A stretch of 64,000 nucleotides of DNA from Podarcis muralis (taxonomy: Eukaryota), in the NCBI RefSeq assembly GCF_964188315.1, contig NC_135661.1:57226001-57290000 (forward strand). Reading direction: 5' to 3'. Position numbers and translations under genes: made by a program. The notes beneath the pieces are model-generated. The model saw nothing but the letters and a program-made list of their open reading frames with translations. It made no database searches and was not told the DNA's origin. This document shows, piece after piece, positions 60,283 through 64,000 of the stretch. Position 1 is the first letter of the stretch, and each line of letters starts with the position of its first letter.

Positions 60283-61270
60283 CTGTCTGTCTGTTTGTGG
60301 AAACGGTGTGTAGCCCACACTGTCTTCTTAGTCGTATGCATGCTGGCCAAAAATGGTTTCTATGCAGTGGACACTTTCAAGGAAATGCAGTTTCTACTTT
60401 CCTTAACAAATGAGTGTTTTGGCTTTTTGTTCCCCTCATATGAACTTCACTGGTAAAGCCCAGGGAGATATTTTAATTTTTCTTCTTCTGCAATCTGTTC
60501 ATAGAAATGGCTCATTCCTTTGCTCTGCAGTGTTGTGTCTTTCCAAATGCTCTTTTTTGTGGGGAAATGGGAAGGAGCTGCCATTCATTCTGGCAGAGAC
60601 AGAAGTTAAGGTTCCTGGGGTACCTGAGAGAGGGTTTAGGCTGCCTCTTTCCCAGTCACTGCGGGTAGGGAGATGTGACCATCTGTTAACACTGCATGTG
60701 TGAGATAGAGGTGGGGGGAGGAGAGAAAAACCTTGCACAAGGGGGAATTTTAATCCCCTTTCCCATAACTGCCACCTTCCCACATGGTGTGTGGGCTTGT
60801 GCCCTAGAGTGGTGTAATTGGAGGCCCCCAAAGGCTCTCGGGTAACTTTTGCAAAGTGCCTTTCTGGGTCTCCCCTCCTAGCCCGGATTTCCTCCACAAC
60901 AACACATGGCATTGCTATGGCTCCATTCCAGAGCTATGCAAGGAGTGAAGCGGAGATCATTTGAAGTTGCCAGTTTCTCTCAGGAGTATGTGTTTTGTGT
61001 TTAAACAAATTTAATTTAACTGAAACATGGGAACAAATGTCCTTGCATTGAGTGATGTGAAGATGTTAGTTACAGGTACAGTACTTCCAAAGGAAGAGCC
61101 TCTCCAAAACCCCAGAAGCATAAACATGAATTTGTATTTTTGAAGAATGTAAAATGTGAAATAACCGTGTTTGCTTAACTGCTCCATTTTGTATAAAATT
61201 AATATTGTACTTTGAAATACCTGCAAGGAAGTGGAAATTAATTTTTTAATTGAAAGCAATATTAATACCA
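57194..61270 (+). other. MTF1: Probable long MTF1 3'UTR (end not defined)
   Basis: No coding exons and few recognisable transposon remnants. AU-rich blocks at about 58100, 59230-59480 and 61000-61270. Mammalian MTF1 is also recalled to have a multi-kb 3'UTR. Confidence 0.5.
60255..60294. repeat. (GT)n followed by (CTGT)n microsatellite
   Basis: Direct reading of the sequence. Confidence 0.95.
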
Positions 61271-61369
61271 CTGGGATCCTAATTAAATGCTTATTTAAAT
61301 CTGGTGCTTTTGGAGGAATTATTTCTGGAGGTGATGGGAATTATTTTCAACAGGTTTTAGCTTAGTGAC

Positions 61370-61510
61370 AGAGCACACACTTTGTATGCAGAAGGTCCCT
61401 GGTATTCCCCGAGATTCTGAAGGTTTCCCCGAGATTCTGAAGACCTACTTAGACAATATTGAGCTAAATGGACCAAAGGTATGAATTGGGATAATGCAGC
61501 TGCTTGTTTT
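61370..61510 (+). mobile_element. Squam3-like SINE remnant with a 20-bp internal tandem duplication
   Basis: TTTGTATGCAGAAGGTCCCTGG...TAGACAATATTGAGCTAAATGGACC. CCCCGAGATTCTGAAG occurs twice. Confidence 0.55.
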
Positions 61511-62149
61511 CAATGTACTGGAGAAGACAAGAATGCAGTGCTCCAGTCTGCCTGAGCTGAAGTTTAGGAGGAAGTGGTAGCTGGAGATTTAATCCAATAA
61601 TTACGTAGCTGACCCAAGACCCAGAAGAGTGACATTGCCCCAAGTGTGGTATTCCATCTTTAGTTTGTGGACAGGGTTAGTGCATCCACAATGCCCCATG
61701 CCCTGGCAAGCTGCTGACTGGGCTACTGTAATGCATTGTAGAGGGCTTCTCCCACAGGCACCTGACTGGCAATTGTGGGAAGATGATGCTGGACTAGATG
61801 GGCTCTTAATTTTCACTGTGTGTCCAGCGAGGGAAAACCTGATCAGTCGATGAGACAGGGTTGAGCCTTCTCTGTGGTGGCGCCCCATTGAGAGAATGCT
61901 GCCTCTCCCTCCTGGTTGACTAGTGCTGAGGAGGAACCTGGGGCTCGGTTGCTGCTTGTTTATGGTGCTTGGCTGCTCTCTCCTTTGGACACTTCTAATT
62001 ATATTAATAACTTTGTATTAATATTAATAATATTAATAATAGTACTTATATTCTTAGCACCTATTAATAATAATAGTTAATAATCACAACTGCAAATGTT
62101 GGGGTGTTAGGCTGCGACCAAGCATCCTCCACCTTTTATTCATAGCAAC

Positions 62150-63200
62150 TATTATGTTACTAATTACAACGGCCGCTTGCGGCGCGTGTGTGTCTCAGAC
62201 GGTTCCACGTCTCCTCCTCCCCCCCCCCCCCCGTCCAGGATGGCGCGTGTGGGGAGGGGTCGTGCCTCCGCCGCCCCCCAACCCAGTCCAGTTCTCGGAG
62301 CTCCCCCCGGCTAGCAGGAGAAGAAAGCAACTGCGCAGCCGCAGAGTGGCGAGCCCCTTAGCACGCCTCGGGCAACGGGACACATAGGCGGAGTCGGCCC
62401 CCTGGGAAAGCCAAGGCGAGGTCAGTCTACCACTTCACATGTCTATGGTCTGCAATTGGCGTCCGGGGGCTCCCGCAGAGCCTAAACTTCCTGTAAGGAG
62501 CGGAAGCAGTACTTGCCCGGGACTCTCTAGGGCTATCGCCTCTCTCGGCTTTGTCCTGGGCGGCGCCGCCACTCCTTCCGCCCCAATAGCCGGCGCCGGG
62601 CAGAAGTTGCGTCATGGCAGCGGCTTGCGGCACAGGAAGTGTCCCCGTGCGAGGCGCGGATGTAGGGGATCGGCGAAGCGTAGAGCGTCGTAGTGTTCGC
62701 TTGACTGGCTGAGCCGCTGGCCGGAGAGGGGCTCCTTCGCCTTTCCTTCTGCGCATGTACAGAGCGCCTCTGCTGCTCGGTCTGAGGCTCCGGCGTTGCT
62801 GGCGCTGCTCCTTCTCCTCGTCCTTCCCGGTCAGACCTTGGCGCGGCGGCGGGGCTGGTGCTTCTGAGGAGGGCGCACCTTCCGCTCCTGGACTGCCGGC
62901 CATGGCGAGGGTCCCCCTGCCGATACCTCTGCCGGCTTCCGGGCCGGACCGTCAGTCGGCGCTGTTGGCGGCGGCGTCCGCGCTGCGCGAGGGCGGCCTG
63001 GTGGCGCTGCCCACCGACACGGTCTACGGCGTGGCCTGCCTGGCCCAGGACTCGCGGGCGCTGGGAGCCGTTTACCGCCTGAAGGGCCGCGCCGCCAGTA
63101 AGCCCCTCGCTATCTGCCTCGCCGACGTCGAGCACGTCTACAGGTGCGGCGGGGTCGGCGAAGGAGGTGGGGGTCTTGCAATGGGGGGGGGGTGGCCCTC
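62150..63200. promoter_or_regulatory. YRDC: YRDC CpG-island promoter
   Basis: CpG-dense region with CAGGAAGTG (ETS), TTGCGTCATG (ATF/CRE-like) and TGCGCATG (NRF1-like) motifs. Confidence 0.7.
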
Positions 63201-63631
63201 CCTCCGCCTCTCCTCATCCTTCGGCGAAGCAGGGAGTCGGTGGATAGGGCCCCCGGCCGCTTCTGCCCTTTCCAGGACGGCAGAAACCCAGCAAGCCTTT
63301 GGCATTGAGGTGTATCAGCTGATTAATCCTTTTATTTCCAGTGGCCTTTGAAGTTAAAAAACACAGGCGCTGATTTTATTTCCTTCAGAGTAAATAACGA
63401 GCGCCTCCAGTCAAGTATTAGTCTGATAGCCCACCCCTTTGTTTTGCTGCTTGCCTTTGGCTGCGTGACAGAGGATGGGCTCACCTTGTGCATACTTTCT
63501 CCTTCCCCTTTTGTAGGTACTGTAACGTTTGCGTGCCTGACAAGCTGCTGCAGGAACTCCTTCCTGGGCCAGTGACGCTGGTCCTGGAGCGCTCAGACAC
63601 CCTCAACAAAGACTTGAACCCCTTCACCCCA
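62755..63631 (+). CDS. YRDC: Threonylcarbamoyl-AMP synthase YRDC (Sua5/YrdC family), first two exons; continues beyond the window
   Basis: Exon 62755-63143 (...GGLVALPTDTVYGVACLAQDSRALGAVYRLKGRAASKPLAICLADVEHVYR) and exon 63517-63631 (YCNVCVPDKLLQELLPGPVTLVLERSDTLNKDLNPFTP). PTDTxYG and KGR..KPL are YrdC motifs. Confidence 0.95.
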
Positions 63632-64000
63632 GTGAGTCTTGGCTAGCAAGTTCTATAGAGACCCTTTTACCTTTTGGAGAGCTCCCAGTTTCCCAATAGG
63701 ATGTTTACCAGTTGGGTGTTGGGTGTGCTCTTAGGTTGACATCAGAGTGGACCTTCCTCCATTCCAGGCTAAAAGGCAAATCTGATTGATTGGGAATATT
63801 AGTGGAGATTTTAATTTTCCTCGGGATTATTTTTTTAAAAGCTATTGCCGGACTACAAGTCTCAAGCTAAGCATGGCTACTTCTTTTCCTGTTTTAGTTT
63901 CACTTAGTTATGTGGCCTGGGAGGGGTGGCTGCATTCTGAGATGGGTGGGATAAAGGTGCAACAGATTCCTACTTCCTGTCCTATTCAAATGAGCAGGGG

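Noticed and set aside
62533-63135. 200-aa minus-strand ORF over YRDC exon 1
   Set aside because: Antisense shadow of GC-rich coding sequence.
1-64000. CRISPR arrays, rRNA or tRNA genes, prokaryotic operons
   Set aside because: Eukaryotic spliced locus. tRNA-like sequence occurs only as SINE heads, and no repeat-spacer arrays were seen.

Overview
Vertebrate genomic DNA with spliced genes and CpG islands. The Sauria SINE, Squam3-like SINEs and CR1/L2/L1 LINE remnants point to a squamate, probably a lacertid lizard (inference). The window carries the SF3A3-INPP5B-MTF1-YRDC block (human 1p34.3 synteny, recalled from memory), all on the + strand. SF3A3, INPP5B and MTF1 were traced exon by exon from ATG to stop, apart from one uncertain INPP5B junction; YRDC is truncated by the window end. 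The main surprise lies between SF3A3 and INPP5B: a complete, phase-consistent 8-exon gene (17959-21711) that the ORF track misses because its exons are short. It encodes a 281-aa predicted GPI-anchored protein with a signal peptide, two 12-Cys Ly6/uPAR (three-finger)-like domains and a Thr/Pro stalk, and I do not recognise it as a named gene. Other points worth checking are a possible second gene on the minus strand at 13.1-15.2 kb, an internal INPP5B promoter with an alternative first exon and an antisense exon, an INPP5B C-terminus without the CAAX box, uORFs and a possible recursive splice site at the MTF1 start, and a dated nested MITE insertion. Everything was read by eye; no database searches were run.
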